From: Eledone cirrhosa
Taxonomy: Eukaryota
Reading direction: 5' to 3'
NCBI GenBank assembly: GCA_964016885.1
Contig: OZ024740.1
Coordinates: 311,116,001 to 311,180,000 of the forward strand
DNA: 64,000 nucleotides
The stretch's first letter is position 1. The number at the start of each line of letters is the position of its first letter. The position numbers and the translations under genes are program-made. Under the pieces are notes generated by a model, which did no database searches, was not told the DNA's origin, and saw nothing but the letters and a program-made list of their open reading frames with translations. Below are positions 14,383 through 27,215 of this stretch, in pieces.

Positions 14383-15691
14383 ATTATGAAGAGAGAAGAA
14401 ACATTTAGATATAATTAGTAATAAGATTATCATACCCAAACTGCTCCTAGATTCCTCGACTACGTAGTTTCGTGGCATAATCAAAAACAATACATCACAG
14501 AGATATAGAGCTTTTGTTAGGTCTGCCGACTTATCAAGAGGATACCTCATTTTACTAGCTTCAAAGAACACGTCTATAAGATGTGAGATAGAATCCCAAA
14601 AGGCGGAAGGGGAGTCAATCACGTGATACAACGGTCAAGAAACAGAGCTAAGCCCCTTATAACCCCGAAAAAAATACCACGGAGGTGGAGGGGGTATTCA
14701 TATCGTGGCCGTAGAAGAGGTGGTTAAGGAAGCAAGAAGTATGAGTAATGGCAGCTTTCCAGCAGTCACTACACTTCAAGGATTACTCGGCCAGGGGGAG
14801 TTATAAACAATATATTGAGAAACACACAGATACATGCGGACACATACATATACATGAATATATCCACATCCATCTTTGAGTTAATGGTGCCAACCTTAAC
14901 CGATGTTGCTCTATGAATAACTGGGACAAACCAATCCGAATGGATTAGACTGAACCAGTATCAGAGCTAAAAGTACATTATGAAGAGAGAAGAAACATTT
15001 AGATATAATTAGTAATAAGATGTATCATACCCAAACTGCTTCTAGATTCCTCGACTACGTAGTTTCGTGGCATAATCAAAAACAATACATCACAGAGATA
15101 TAGAGCTTTTGTGAGGTCTGCCGACTTATCAAGAGGATACCGCATTTTACTAGCTTCAAAGAACACGTCTATAAGATGTGAGATAGAATCCCAAAAGGCG
15201 GAGGGGGAGTCAATCACGTGATACAACGGTCAAGAAACAGAGCTAAGCCCCTTATAACCCCGAAAAAAATACCACGGAGGCGGAGGGGGTATTCATATCG
15301 TGGCCGTAGAAGAGGTGGTTAAGGAGGCAAGAAGTATGAGTAATGGCAGCTTTCCAGCAGTCACTACACTTCAAGGATTACTCGACCAGGGGGAGTTATA
15401 AACAATATATTGAGAAACACACAGATACATTCGGACACATACATATACATGAATATATTTTGTTCGGGGTTATAAGGGGCTTAGCTCTGTTTCTTGACCG
15501 TTGTATCACGTGATTGACTCCCCCTCCGCCTTTTGGGATTCTATCTCACATCTTATAGACGTGTCGGATTGGTTTGTCCCAGTTATTCATAGAGCAACAT
15601 CGGTTAAGGTTGGCACCATTAACTCAAGGATGGATGTGGATATATTCATGTATATGTATGTGTCCGCATGTATCTGTGTGTTTCTCAATAT

Positions 15692-15695
<4 letters not shown>
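14383..15695 (-). mobile_element. ORF-less tandem/inverted element with ~594-bp unit and hammerhead-like motifs
   Basis: Direct repeat 14383-14976 / 14977-15458, then an inverted rearranged copy at 15463-15695. (TA)n on both sides. Confidence 0.85.
14453..14542 (-). ncRNA. Type I hammerhead-like motif with variant core (second copy 15048-15137)
   Basis: TCCTC-TTGATAA-GTCGGCA...TGCCAC-GAAAC-TACGTA-GTC-GAGGA. Stems I, II and III pair, but the core reads TTGATAA rather than CTGATGA. Confidence 0.6.
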
Positions 15696-15737
<42 letters not shown>

Positions 15738-16084
15738 CTCTTGTAATCTAGGTCGCATCCATTCTACTCTGTAAATACGAAACTGTTGTTGACAACATTA
15801 ATATCCATGTATCTATATGATTGTTCAGTTGAATACGAGGATAATTATATGTACAAACATTGCTACTGCTCCGATGATTCCAAACGATAGTTTGGAAGAA
15901 ACGATTGTCAGAAATAAAATGATTTGAACATAGCTTTGATTATTGTATAATTTATATTCCGGCTCTGTAAAACATCTCATGCATTTACATGGAGCTATTT
16001 TTCTTACTGGTAATAAGGTAGTAATAAATTACTGACCTTTCCTGTTTATAGTTGTATATAGTGTATACATAACTATAAATAATA

Positions 16085-16174
<90 letters not shown>

Positions 16175-16175
<1 letters not shown>

Positions 16176-16356
16176 GTAGGTCACGGGTTGAGTCGGGGAT
16201 AACCACAGTAAGTAAGTTACTCAATACATGGCAGAGTAAATTTTTTTTATTTTATAGAAGGAGCTTCTACAGGACTAGTACTGTTTCATTCAGATGAATG
16301 TACTGCTTCCTGAAGATTTCATCTGAATGAAACAGTACTAGTCCTGTAGAAGCTCC

Positions 16357-16362
<6 letters not shown>
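16175..16362. mobile_element. Short fold-back element with hammerhead motif, in (TA)n
   Basis: Inverted arms at ~16254-16298 and ~16318-16362. The tail 16175-16250 is the reverse complement of 19520-19600. Confidence 0.8.
16305..16353 (+). ncRNA. Type I hammerhead ribozyme motif
   Basis: GCTTC-CTGAAGA-TTTCATCTGAAT-GAAACAG-TACTAGTC-CTGTA-GAAGC. Stem I 5 bp, GTA cleavage triplet, palindromic ACTAGT in loop III; T-T at the base of stem II. Confidence 0.7.
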
Positions 16363-17212
<850 letters not shown>

Positions 17213-17413
17213 TACTGTCATATGTCAAATATTGGCTCATTAGCCATTAGCTTACTGGCTAAACGCATCTAGTCGATATCTGGGTGATTTGGGGTTCAAT
17301 TCCTCATACCGCCCGATTACAACTTTATAAGGGTTTTATAAGGGTTTCCCTCTATTTTATAAGCTATTTTTATACCATTTCTGCGCTTGAGCACTTTCTT
17401 TATACTTATGTGC

Positions 17414-17467
<54 letters not shown>

Positions 17468-17980
17468 CTCTGTGTGTGTGTGTGCGTTTGTATGGTATTC
17501 ACTTGTTTGTATGAACAAGCGCATCCTAAAACTGAATGAAAATGTTGAATACTTCAATAAATGGTTAAATATATTAACTTATTTTTATATTACTTCATAG
17601 GTTTATATATCTGTTCCGATCATTTTCATCTTTTTTAAACTAATGAGAAAATTATCTTGATGTGGGTCGATGGAATAGTTTAGAAAGAAGGAGTGTTTCT
17701 GTGTTTACTTGCTTAAGCTTGGGCGCTTACAACTAATATCTGTATAAAGATTCCTATGTTTACTCATTTATTCTAGTTTATCTCTGCCTATTTCTTTAGT
17801 TATATTAGCCAATTTAAGTCCAGTTGTTCGCTATGATTTACCCACACTGTCATCATTCATTAATGTTTGCTTCAGATACCCCTGGTTAATTACTTCTCTA
17901 AATTTCCTCCTCCCTTCTTCCAAGTTCACTACCGCCTAAATTATCATTTCTGTGAGATTCTAATCAAAGAATAGGTCACT

Positions 17981-18159
17981 TGTTTCTTAAGGTAATTATT
18001 TCAATTCTCTTTCAATCTCTTCTAAACTATACTCTTTCCCAGAAACATAAGCTTTACATACAATTATATATATATTCGCGAATGAGTATATATATATCTG
18101 GGAAAGAGTATAGTTTAGAAGAGATTGAAAGAGAATTGAAATAATTACCTTAAGAAACA
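17981..18159. repeat. Perfect ~63-bp inverted repeat with TA-rich spacer
   Basis: 17981-18043 is the reverse complement of 18097-18159. Confidence 0.85.
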
Positions 18160-18662
18160 TATATATATATATATACGTGAATGAGTGTTTGTATACAAAG
18201 GATTCTATTGGGTTATTGCTTGCTTTGTTTTCTTGGCAATAACGTAGCCAGTCTTTACGTAATGGAACTTGAAATCTGACGTCACAGATGTAACACGCAT
18301 AGTTATCGTGCTACTCAATAGGTGCAGTTTCTATGGTTGCTGCTGAAAACTAATCAATAGAACTGACTCTTTCTGTTCCTAATGCTTCTTCATATATTTC
18401 TTCATGAAATGTTTCCCTTTTTCTGGTATCGATTTTATCCAGTATTTGATGGATTTCTAAATGTATATTTTTTTTTACCGTTTCAGGTTTATTTCCTTAA
18501 CTTTCGTTTGCTTCAATCAAATCCCTCTCTTTATTTTCTATTACTCCCATTCGATTTCGCCATATCTCTCTTTCTTTCTCTCCTTCTCTCTCTCGCTCTC
18601 TCTCCCTCCATTGATATATGTTGATATATGTGTATTTGTAAAGTTTCAGTTAAAAATATGTC

Positions 18663-18693
<31 letters not shown>

Positions 18694-18866
18694 AATAATG
18701 GTTACAGGTGGTTCGGCGGTTATAGCCTTCAAGGATTTTACGAGGTTCCATCTAGTGCGGGGTTTATACTTCAGAGTACTCCAGGGTTTTTGCGGCTGTA
18801 ATGTGCAGAGTGTAAATACATGTAAGCAGGTACGAAGTCAAGATTGCACTATAAATGAACTTTATT

Positions 18867-18955
18867 GCATATGACAATTGTTTCGATATCGACAGGTCAG
18901 GGTTTGGCCATAATGGTCGGGGCCCAACTCTGCGCCGACATCTCATCAGATTTGC
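18867..18955 (-). ncRNA. Type I hammerhead ribozyme motif with canonical core
   Basis: GCAAAT-CTGATGA-GATGTCGGC...GTCGATATC-GAAAC-AATT-GTC-ATATGC, then AATAAA. Stem II is 9 bp and stem III is short and palindromic. Lies in a ~320-bp island between (TG)n and (TA)n. Confidence 0.8.
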
Positions 18956-19014
18956 GTCCGTATGCGCAGAACACATTCAAACAATTGAAAGAAGTCAAGT
19001 GAATCTTTTATGTT

Positions 19015-19126
<112 letters not shown>

Positions 19127-19145
19127 AATATAAATATAAGAGTTT

Positions 19146-19209
<64 letters not shown>

Positions 19210-19409
19210 AAACTCTGAGGTGTGAGCGGTTAATCTGATGAAAGTTTAATAAAACATCAAAGTAGTCAGATTGATCACATTTTCTTTTACGGAGAAAAGC
19301 AGGATGTTGTTTTCATATCGAGGCCCCCAAAGATTGTGCTTACTAAAAAACAAAAAACCATTCTTGACTGTGCCATACTATCTTATGGTATATATATATA
19401 TATATATAT

Positions 19410-19473
<64 letters not shown>

Positions 19474-19476
<3 letters not shown>

Positions 19477-19604
19477 GATGATTTCTCCCGAATGAAACAG
19501 TTCTAGTCCTGTAGAAGCCATTGCTATATTAAATATTTTTACTCTGCTATGTATTGAGTACCTTACTTACTGTGGTTACCCCCGATTGAACCCGAGATAA
19601 ACTT
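19474..19604 (+). mobile_element. Hammerhead-family 3' fragment in (TA)n
   Basis: CCGATGA-TTTCTCCCGAAT-GAAACAGTTCTAGTCCTGTA-GAAG plus a tail homologous to 16175-16250. Confidence 0.7.
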
Positions 19605-19608
19605 ATAT

Positions 19609-19716
<108 letters not shown>

Positions 19717-20719
19717 AGTCACTTTTAACGGCCTAAGTGTATATCTCACAATATAACTAACTGTATTTATCCATATATACACTCGTACATATGCATATAT
19801 GTACAAAACCCTACACATTTATTTATATGTGAATGTATGTATATATCTTTAAATAAGTTCACAAAGCATCATTCTAATTGGTTAACTCTCAATATGTCAG
19901 CATATCGATTTATGCATCTTTCCATTTATCGATATATCTTCTTAACCATCATTCAATTTATATATCCTCATATTTGTTTATCTATCACTATCTGTCATTA
20001 CTATTTCAAATTTGTAATATATCTTCACCTTTGACGTCACAAAACAACTACCACTACTACTAATACTAATACGAATATTGTTGCTTCTTCTGCTACTAAG
20101 AGTACTGCAATTACTACTACTATAAATTCCAATGTTTTCGTTTCCATTCCCTACTTTGTTTTTAACACACATATTCTTATACATATGTGTATGTATATAT
20201 GTGTGTATGGTGCCGAGTATTTGTGTATACATACGCTAAAGAAATATGTCCATATAAAGGTTAGTGTGTAGAAATGTATATATTTAAGTTTATGAGGATT
20301 ATGATCCATGAGAACACACACACGCGCGCGCGCGGGCGCGCGCATATATATATACATGGTCTTCGTTAGTTATAATATTTTGTTTTGCATTTAAACTTTC
20401 TAATCGATCAATCTATACCAACGGCTATATTCGTCATCTACGGTTTTTAAAACCCAATTCATAAAAGCATTATCGGAAACACAGAAAAGCGAGAAGAAAA
20501 TCGGGGTGAGAAATAGGCAGAGACGAATATTGAGCCCTCTATTTCACTGGTAATTTATTTATCGACCTCAAAAGGATGACAATCAAACTTTACCTTAGCA
20601 GGATTTGAACTCAGAGAGCTAGAAAGTTTCCGCAAAGCATTCCATCCGATGTTCTAACTACTCTTCCAAACGCCGGCTTAACGAAACAAATTCGCTGATA
20701 AATTCCCTTTACAGATTAT

Positions 20720-21157
20720 ATAATTGTTTCTACTTTTGGCACAAGGCCAGCAATTATCCCAGTGCATTACTGGTACTTTATTTTATCGACCCCATAATAA
20801 TTGTTTCTACAAGGCCAGTAATTTGAAGGGAGGAGAAAAGTCGATTAAATTGACAACAGTACGTAAATTTTATCGACCCCATAAGGATGATTTGAACTCA
20901 AAACTCAGAACGTAAAGGGCCATAATTCTGTGCTGTAAAGCATGTTATCCGACGCTCTACCGATACTGCCAATCTACCACCCAATAATAATAATAATAAT
21001 TGTTTCTACTTTTGGCACAAGGCCAGCAATTACCCAGTACATTACTGGTACCCCGAAAGGCAAAGTTAACCTCCACGGGATTTGAACTCAGGCCGTAAAG
21101 GGGAGTAACTATGCTGGAAAGCATGGTGTCCGACCCTCTACCTATACTGCCAATCCA
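20720..21157 (-). mobile_element. SINE family A multimer (deleted variants); empty-site counterpart of the Tx1 insertion
   Basis: 20795-20990 matches the reverse complement of 30935-31130. 20995-21157 matches the reverse complement of 24718-24880. Confidence 0.85.
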
Positions 21158-21400
21158 GATTATATAATGTCTTCCATTTGCCTTCATTTTTATTCATATT
21201 TCTCTTGGCGAATTGGCAGAGTCGTTAGAACGTGGAGTAGAATGCTTTGCGGTTTTGCTCCTGTCCCCTATATCCTGAGTTCAAATTTTACCAAGTTTAA
21301 CTTTGACTGTCATTCTTTCAAGGTCAATAAAAAATGTACCTCCCCAATTTACTGAGGTTGATTTTTTTCTCTATATTTTTTTCTTGCTACCCTTGTCTCT

Positions 21401-21488
<88 letters not shown>

Positions 21489-21888
21489 ACCATTCCCTTT
21501 CCCTCTCTTTTCTCTCTTCTCTTTCTCTTCTCTCTTCTCTCTATTTTCCCTTTCCTCCTCTCTCTCTCCCTTTCTCCCCCCCCCCTATCTCTCTCTCTCT
21601 GGAAGAAACCAAATATGATCAGACATGAGTTGGGATATGCTCTGCCAGGTATTGAATACCTATGAAACACCGTATATTATGACGGCGCCTCTGTGACTCC
21701 ATCATGAGTTACGAGTCCATGCATACATGCATTATGTTTCCATTAGTTTCCCAGAAAAATTGGCAGGTGTTCTAATTAAGAATTTTACGTTATTCGTCAA
21801 ACACTCCATTGAGATATAATTTGAATACGATAAGGATTTTAGCTGCTTTATTTCACATTGCCTTAGTGTTACAGGTATGTTAATACAA

Positions 21889-21889
<1 letters not shown>

Positions 21890-21967
<78 letters not shown>
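21890..21967. repeat. (TAG)n microsatellite
   Basis: Direct reading. Confidence 0.95.
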
Positions 21968-22199
21968 TGAGGATGTGGGGTTGCTTTTGTTGATGTAATA
22001 GATATCTGCTGCAGTGAATATTTTTTTACATTTATATTTAATTGTTATATATATATTTATCAATCTAAAGAATGGTAAAATGATATTAATATTGTGAGAG
22101 CCCAAGTTTATCGACCTCCTAGTGAGGGCCCCTGGAAATCAATCACTAATCAGGTGAACGACAACTGCTGTTTGCAAAACTGTCAGATACTGTAATGTC

Positions 22200-23080
22200 G
22201 AAACTTCCTAAATTAACCTTGTTTACGCCTATTAGATTTCTTACCAAGGCAAGCAACGAACTCCATTGGACGTGGCTTTCGCACGACCCTATGTAGGACG
22301 AGGAATGTATACCCTCTATGAGGAGATAATGGACGTGGAATACGGGAAAGATGCATCCACAAAAGCATCAAACCTGATCGACTGCCTCGACAGGAATCAG
22401 CGAGAGCATTGGGAAGAAACGGTTCAAGGGATACAGTTCACACACTCCGACAGGATTGCCTGGAAACAATTCAAACACTTCACTGCCAGTATATCTACAT
22501 GTCTTGTACTGGCTAACTCTATTGCTGAGTTAGACGATACAGGACATGTAGATATAGAAGTGCTGTCCGCTTCAAGAATTCAGACAAGAACTACACACGC
22601 TTTGTGAAACAGGAAACCACCAACTTGTTGCAAGCTCCAGGTAAGGATAGATTACTGTCTGCTCCCATTTCACACGCCTCAACCATAAGTCAACTCAAGA
22701 GCGGTAAGACCCAGGGACCCAACAACATGCCTCCAGGATTCCTGATACACCAAGAGCAAGATGCTAGAAGTGGCCCAGAGAGTTCTATTCTTGCAGTTTT
22801 ATCAACCAAACCATACCGAAATTCTGGTGGAAGGCTACTGTCATTGCCAACAAAACAAAGCTCTAGATGATCCAAACCGTAACATCATGCAGTTTATATG
22901 CATTATCCTAACCAACTGAAGATTTGTCCTGAAGACCAGCGATGGATAAACCAGCAGACTACACCGCCTTCCTAATGAAGTCTCTCAAGGCTCGGCACTA
23001 TCCCCTATGCTCTTCAATCTGTACATCAGTGACATAGCCCAAACAATATTACGGCAGTATGGCTATGCAGATGACTAGTC
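22200..23080 (+). mobile_element. Degenerate non-LTR retrotransposon RT remnant (clade uncertain)
   Basis: Peptides WEETVQGIQFTHSDRIAWK, LKSGKTQGP and QGSALSPMLFNLYISD...QYGYADD. Frameshifts and an internal deletion. Confidence 0.75.
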
Positions 23081-23824
23081 ACAGTTATATCGGACTAAAA
23101 TACATAACTTTTTCTTTCCTTACTTAGAGATTTGATTGAGACGAGTATCCTCGTAAAGGTTCCATCGTTATTTTGTATTTACAATTGCTGGGTAAAACAA
23201 AAACGCTTAATCGGTCATTGTTGTTGTTTAATCCCAGATCATACAAGCCGTGGTGTGTATGACATCAGAACTACATCCTGTACTTAAATAAGACGACAGG
23301 TTGTGATCTGAGTGCGGTTTAGCCCAAGGTCAGTCCTGGTTTTTGGCGGGTGACGGAGATATGTGCTGTGACTTATCCAGTAAATATAAATAGATGTATA
23401 GGGGAAAATGCGTTGCAAAATTGATGTTTTCTTGCATTCGTGCCTATTGGCTTAGTGATTACATACACACGAAATCTCCAGTTCTGTAACTACGACCCAC
23501 CATTTTTATGGGATTCACCTACGTAGTATATTACAGAGCAGAATTGTAATGAGTAGGATAGTTGTGCAGACCTTCGATGTAAAAGTCTAGCTTTATACAG
23601 TGAAGTATAATAATTAGTGTTTTTCAGTATTTACATTTACATTTGTATATATATATATATTTTTTTTTTTTTCAAATGAATGTTAGTTTATAGCTTGATT
23701 CAGCTTCAATGTATTTCTATGCTGGTTCTAAGATTTGTTTCTTTTATAGTAGTTTGATTCAACAAATCAATCACCAACTGGATGTAGAAACATTATTTGC
23801 TTCGATTTTCTGTTATCTTTAACA

Positions 23825-24043
23825 ATAATGGTTTCTACTTTAGGCACAAGGACAATTTTGATGGGTGGGGCAAGTCGATTAAATCGTCCCCAGTACATTA
23901 CTGGTACTTTATTTTAACGAACCCGTAAGGATGAAAGGCAGAGTTAACCTCGGCAGGATTTGAACTCAGAAAGTAAAGGGCCGAAACTCTATATCCCAAA
24001 GCATGTTGTTTGTCGCTCTACCAACATTACCAATCCACCACCC
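23825..24043 (-). mobile_element. SINE family A
   Basis: Same motifs as other family A copies. Confidence 0.8.
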
Positions 24044-24710
24044 TTCTGTTATCTTTAATAATAATATATGCATTTTTATTTTCTATTCTTCTTTATTTCT
24101 TTTGTTGGTTTGTTATCTTTGTTGTTGTTGTTTTGTTGAACACTATTAACATCATTTCACACCAACCAACCTGCCAATTCAACCACCTAAAACTAAGTTA
24201 GTTACCACTGTTTATTCCATTTGTTTCGTGATTGATTACTTTAATGTCAGATCAGATATCTTAGACATTACTGAAGCTAAAAACTCTAACATATTTTTTA
24301 TTAATAACTATTAGGCTAAAACAGTTGCTTTTGTATTCTTTTTTGTTTCTTTGTTGTGTTTATTGTATTTTTTTTTTTGCTTCATTTTCCAAAATCTTGC
24401 TTTTTTTAAAGCAAGTTATTTAGTTATTAATTACATACCCTGCCTCCACTCAACATGTCATATGCTTGTGTTGGCTACATGTTATACGAGCACCAAATTA
24501 AGTTACAATAAAAACGAAACCTTATGGAACTATGTTAGCACAAATAAATATATAACTCAATTTCTTATAGACGTCGATGTCTAGTTAGTACAAAATACAT
24601 CCAAGTAAATGACCTCATATTGAGGGAAAATGTCGCTTCGACAAGTATTCATTTCGATTGTGTAACGGATTTAAGCTTTAGACACACTTCTCTCCTTTTC
24701 TTCTTCTTTA

Positions 24711-24894
24711 GGGCGGTGAATTGGCAGTATCAGTAGAGGGTCGGACGCCATGCTTTCCAGCATAGTTACGTCCCTTTACGGTCTGAGTTCAAACCTCGTC
24801 GAGATTAACTTTGCCTTTCGGGGTACCAGTAATGTACTGGGTAATTAGTGGCCTTTTTCCAAAAGTAGAAACAATTATTATTATTATTATTATT
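24711..24894 (+). mobile_element. SINE family A (internally deleted) with (ATT)n tail, directly 5' of the LINE
   Basis: GGGCGGTGAATTGGCAGTATC...GAGTTCAAACC...AGTAGAAACA(ATT)n. Confidence 0.85.
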
Positions 24895-25107
24895 GAATGC
24901 CATGGTTGACGGAGGCTCGGCTCTGTAAGGTATAGTAATTTTTAACCGTTAAAACAATTGTAAATTGTTTAAAACTTGAACCAAATTGTTGATAAAGACA
25001 CCCTCCTCCTCGTGAGAGGGGTCTTTCTGTCCGTTATTTGGCCCTTCGGGGTTAAATAACCAGTTATTGGGGTTTTGTACCCAAAATTTCATTTTAAACA
25101 AAAAAAC

Positions 25108-27180
25108 ATGGCTACCAAAAAGAAATTTCATACGTCACTCCCACTCATTCCGTCTTCTTCTTCCTCAATCATCACTACAGCAGAGAGAAGATTGTCTCTC
25201 TCCCTCCCTTCTTTAAATGTGTCTCTCTCCCTCCCTTCTCTTTCGCAAGTGACGAAAGAAAAGAAAAGTCTCGTGCAAAGCGTGCAAGGTTTCTCCACGA
25301 CGACGACGACAGCGACGAAACAGGTGTGCGGGAAATACGAAAACCCAGTTCATTCGTCTGACGTCAGGAATAATAGCAGTAGCAGCCGTAATAACAACAG
25401 CAACAGTGACAATGAAAACAACAGTAGCAGCCGCAACAGCATCACCAGCAGCATAAACAACAACAGCATTAGCAGCAGCAACACCAACAACAACCACAGC
25501 AACAGCGGCGGAGGCAGTAGTCGCAGTACCTGCAGCAACAACAAAAGTACCAGCAGCTCTGACGACAACAACAACAGCAGAGAAAAACCAATCTCATTTG
25601 CAGGTATTGCGAAAAACTTGGAAACAATCCTCATAACAAATGAGGAATTAGAGGAAGCGAAGAAGATGGTGACAAAGAACGGACACCGAGCAATCTGCAA
25701 GGCAGCGAAAAAATTTTTCGAAACCCAAGAGCACTGTACGGTCACGTACCGTACAGTAAGTACAAAATCCCGTAGGGTGGAAAGAGCCACAGAGGCCCAA
25801 ATACAAAAAGCCTTGGGGTCTGTGTGGCAGCGGAAAACGCACATCACCCGAGGCAAAAAATATGCCACCGTAGACGTACTTTTTGCCACACCCCAGGAGG
25901 CAAAGGCCCAATCAGTAGTGACCCTAAGGAGCGAGGAAATGGTGTTGGTGCCCTCCTACTGTGGGCAAAAAATTGTGAGGGTCAAACTGACCCACGTCCC
26001 CCCCGGAATGACCCCTTCTTGGCTGGCCGCGTCTGTCCTCGTCGGAATCGAGGACAAAACAACTGTACTGCAAGTACAGAAAAAAGTAAGAGAAGATTGG
26101 GTCGGCTCCTCCATTGAGATGCTAATCCAAACCAACCAGGAGTGCATCGAAGCTATCCCGGATGTGATAGACTTCGATAACGGCACTCAACTGCCCATAA
26201 GTGTTGATGGCAAACGCCCGAAATGCTTTCGCTGTGGATCGAAGACTCACCTCAGGGCCTTCTGCAACGAGAAGACCCTGAGAAAGGAGAAAACCCCCCT
26301 CCTTCCGAATCCGGCTCCACGGCTACCAGCAACAGGACAAGCGGCAACCAGGAACGATAGGCCCGTGGCACCCATACCCACTCCACGGAAATCAAAAACA
26401 GCAGCAGCAGTGGAAATACTAACAACAACAACAGCAATACCAAATGCAGCTGCAACAGAGACTCCAGTGCAAACATCACCAACAACAACAAGTGAAAGAG
26501 TGGAGTTGGTACCCCTCCCCGACCTCACAGAATCAGACATGGAGTGTGAGGTGGGAGAGAGATGGCAAAAGGTCGTAAGAAGGCACAAACGCAGAAGCAG
26601 CGCATCGTCGCCTTTGAAAAGGGAGAAAAGAAATGAGAAAAGGGTAAAGTCTACTGCAAAGAGACCCACAGCAGCAACAACACCAACACCATCACCACCG
26701 GCGACAACCCCACCGCCAACAACACCTTCAACACCACCACCACAAGCACCAACATCGCAAACACAACAACAAAACACACACACCCAGCAACAACGACAAG
26801 AAAATAGCAGAACCACACCCCACCCCCAGAAAAACAAATGCACGGCAATAAATACACACAACAAGAAACTAATGACTTACATAATTGAACACACAGACAT
26901 TTCACAACAGGACTACATAATACCAGCACCAATCAAAACGCCAACTAACATAAGACTGCTAAAAATAGCACAGAAACAATACACAAATATTAAAACGAAA
27001 TTCCCCAACGCAGTTGGTGATTTCAGGGACCTAGGAGGAACCATCAATCGAAGAGTATACTCAGACATTCTCTTAGAAGAGCCGACGACCAGCCGAAGGG
27101 ACGATTCAACGGTCCCTTCACCAGACGATCAAGTGAAAAGGGATGTAAAAACCATCCCTCCTCTACCAAAAGTACGGTAA
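25108..27180 (+). CDS. LINE ORF1 (gag-like nucleic-acid-binding protein with CCHC zinc knuckle)
   Basis: First ATG at 25108 within the open frame. Contains CFRCGSKTHLRAFC knuckle, ISFAGIA motif, and low-complexity Asn/Ser and Pro/Thr tracts. Confidence 0.85.
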   Translation: MATKKKFHTSLPLIPSSSSSIITTAERRLSLSLPSLNVSLSLPSLSQVTKEKKSLVQSVQGFSTTTTTATKQVCGKYENPVHSSDVRNNSSSSRNNNSNSDNENNSSSRNSITSSINNNSISSSNTNNNHSNSGGGSSRSTCSNNKSTSSSDDNNNSREKPISFAGIAKNLETILITNEELEEAKKMVTKNGHRAICKAAKKFFETQEHCTVTYRTVSTKSRRVERATEAQIQKALGSVWQRKTHITRGKKYATVDVLFATPQEAKAQSVVTLRSEEMVLVPSYCGQKIVRVKLTHVPPGMTPSWLAASVLVGIEDKTTVLQVQKKVREDWVGSSIEMLIQTNQECIEAIPDVIDFDNGTQLPISVDGKRPKCFRCGSKTHLRAFCNEKTLRKEKTPLLPNPAPRLPATGQAATRNDRPVAPIPTPRKSKTAAAVEILTTTTAIPNAAATETPVQTSPTTTSERVELVPLPDLTESDMECEVGERWQKVVRRHKRRSSASSPLKREKRNEKRVKSTAKRPTAATTPTPSPPATTPPPTTPSTPPPQAPTSQTQQQNTHTQQQRQENSRTTPHPQKNKCTAINTHNKKLMTYIIEHTDISQQDYIIPAPIKTPTNIRLLKIAQKQYTNIKTKFPNAVGDFRDLGGTINRRVYSDILLEEPTTSRRDDSTVPSPDDQVKRDVKTIPPLPKVR

Positions 27181-27215
27181 GTGGTCTTTCCCATCTTTTC
27201 CACTCTATTTTAAAC

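Noticed and set aside
19220-19280. Further hammerhead-like strings (also ~1520-1570, 36305-36355, 49275-49298, 58658-58690)
   Set aside because: Cores or stems are too decayed to call individually, although they are consistent with old copies.
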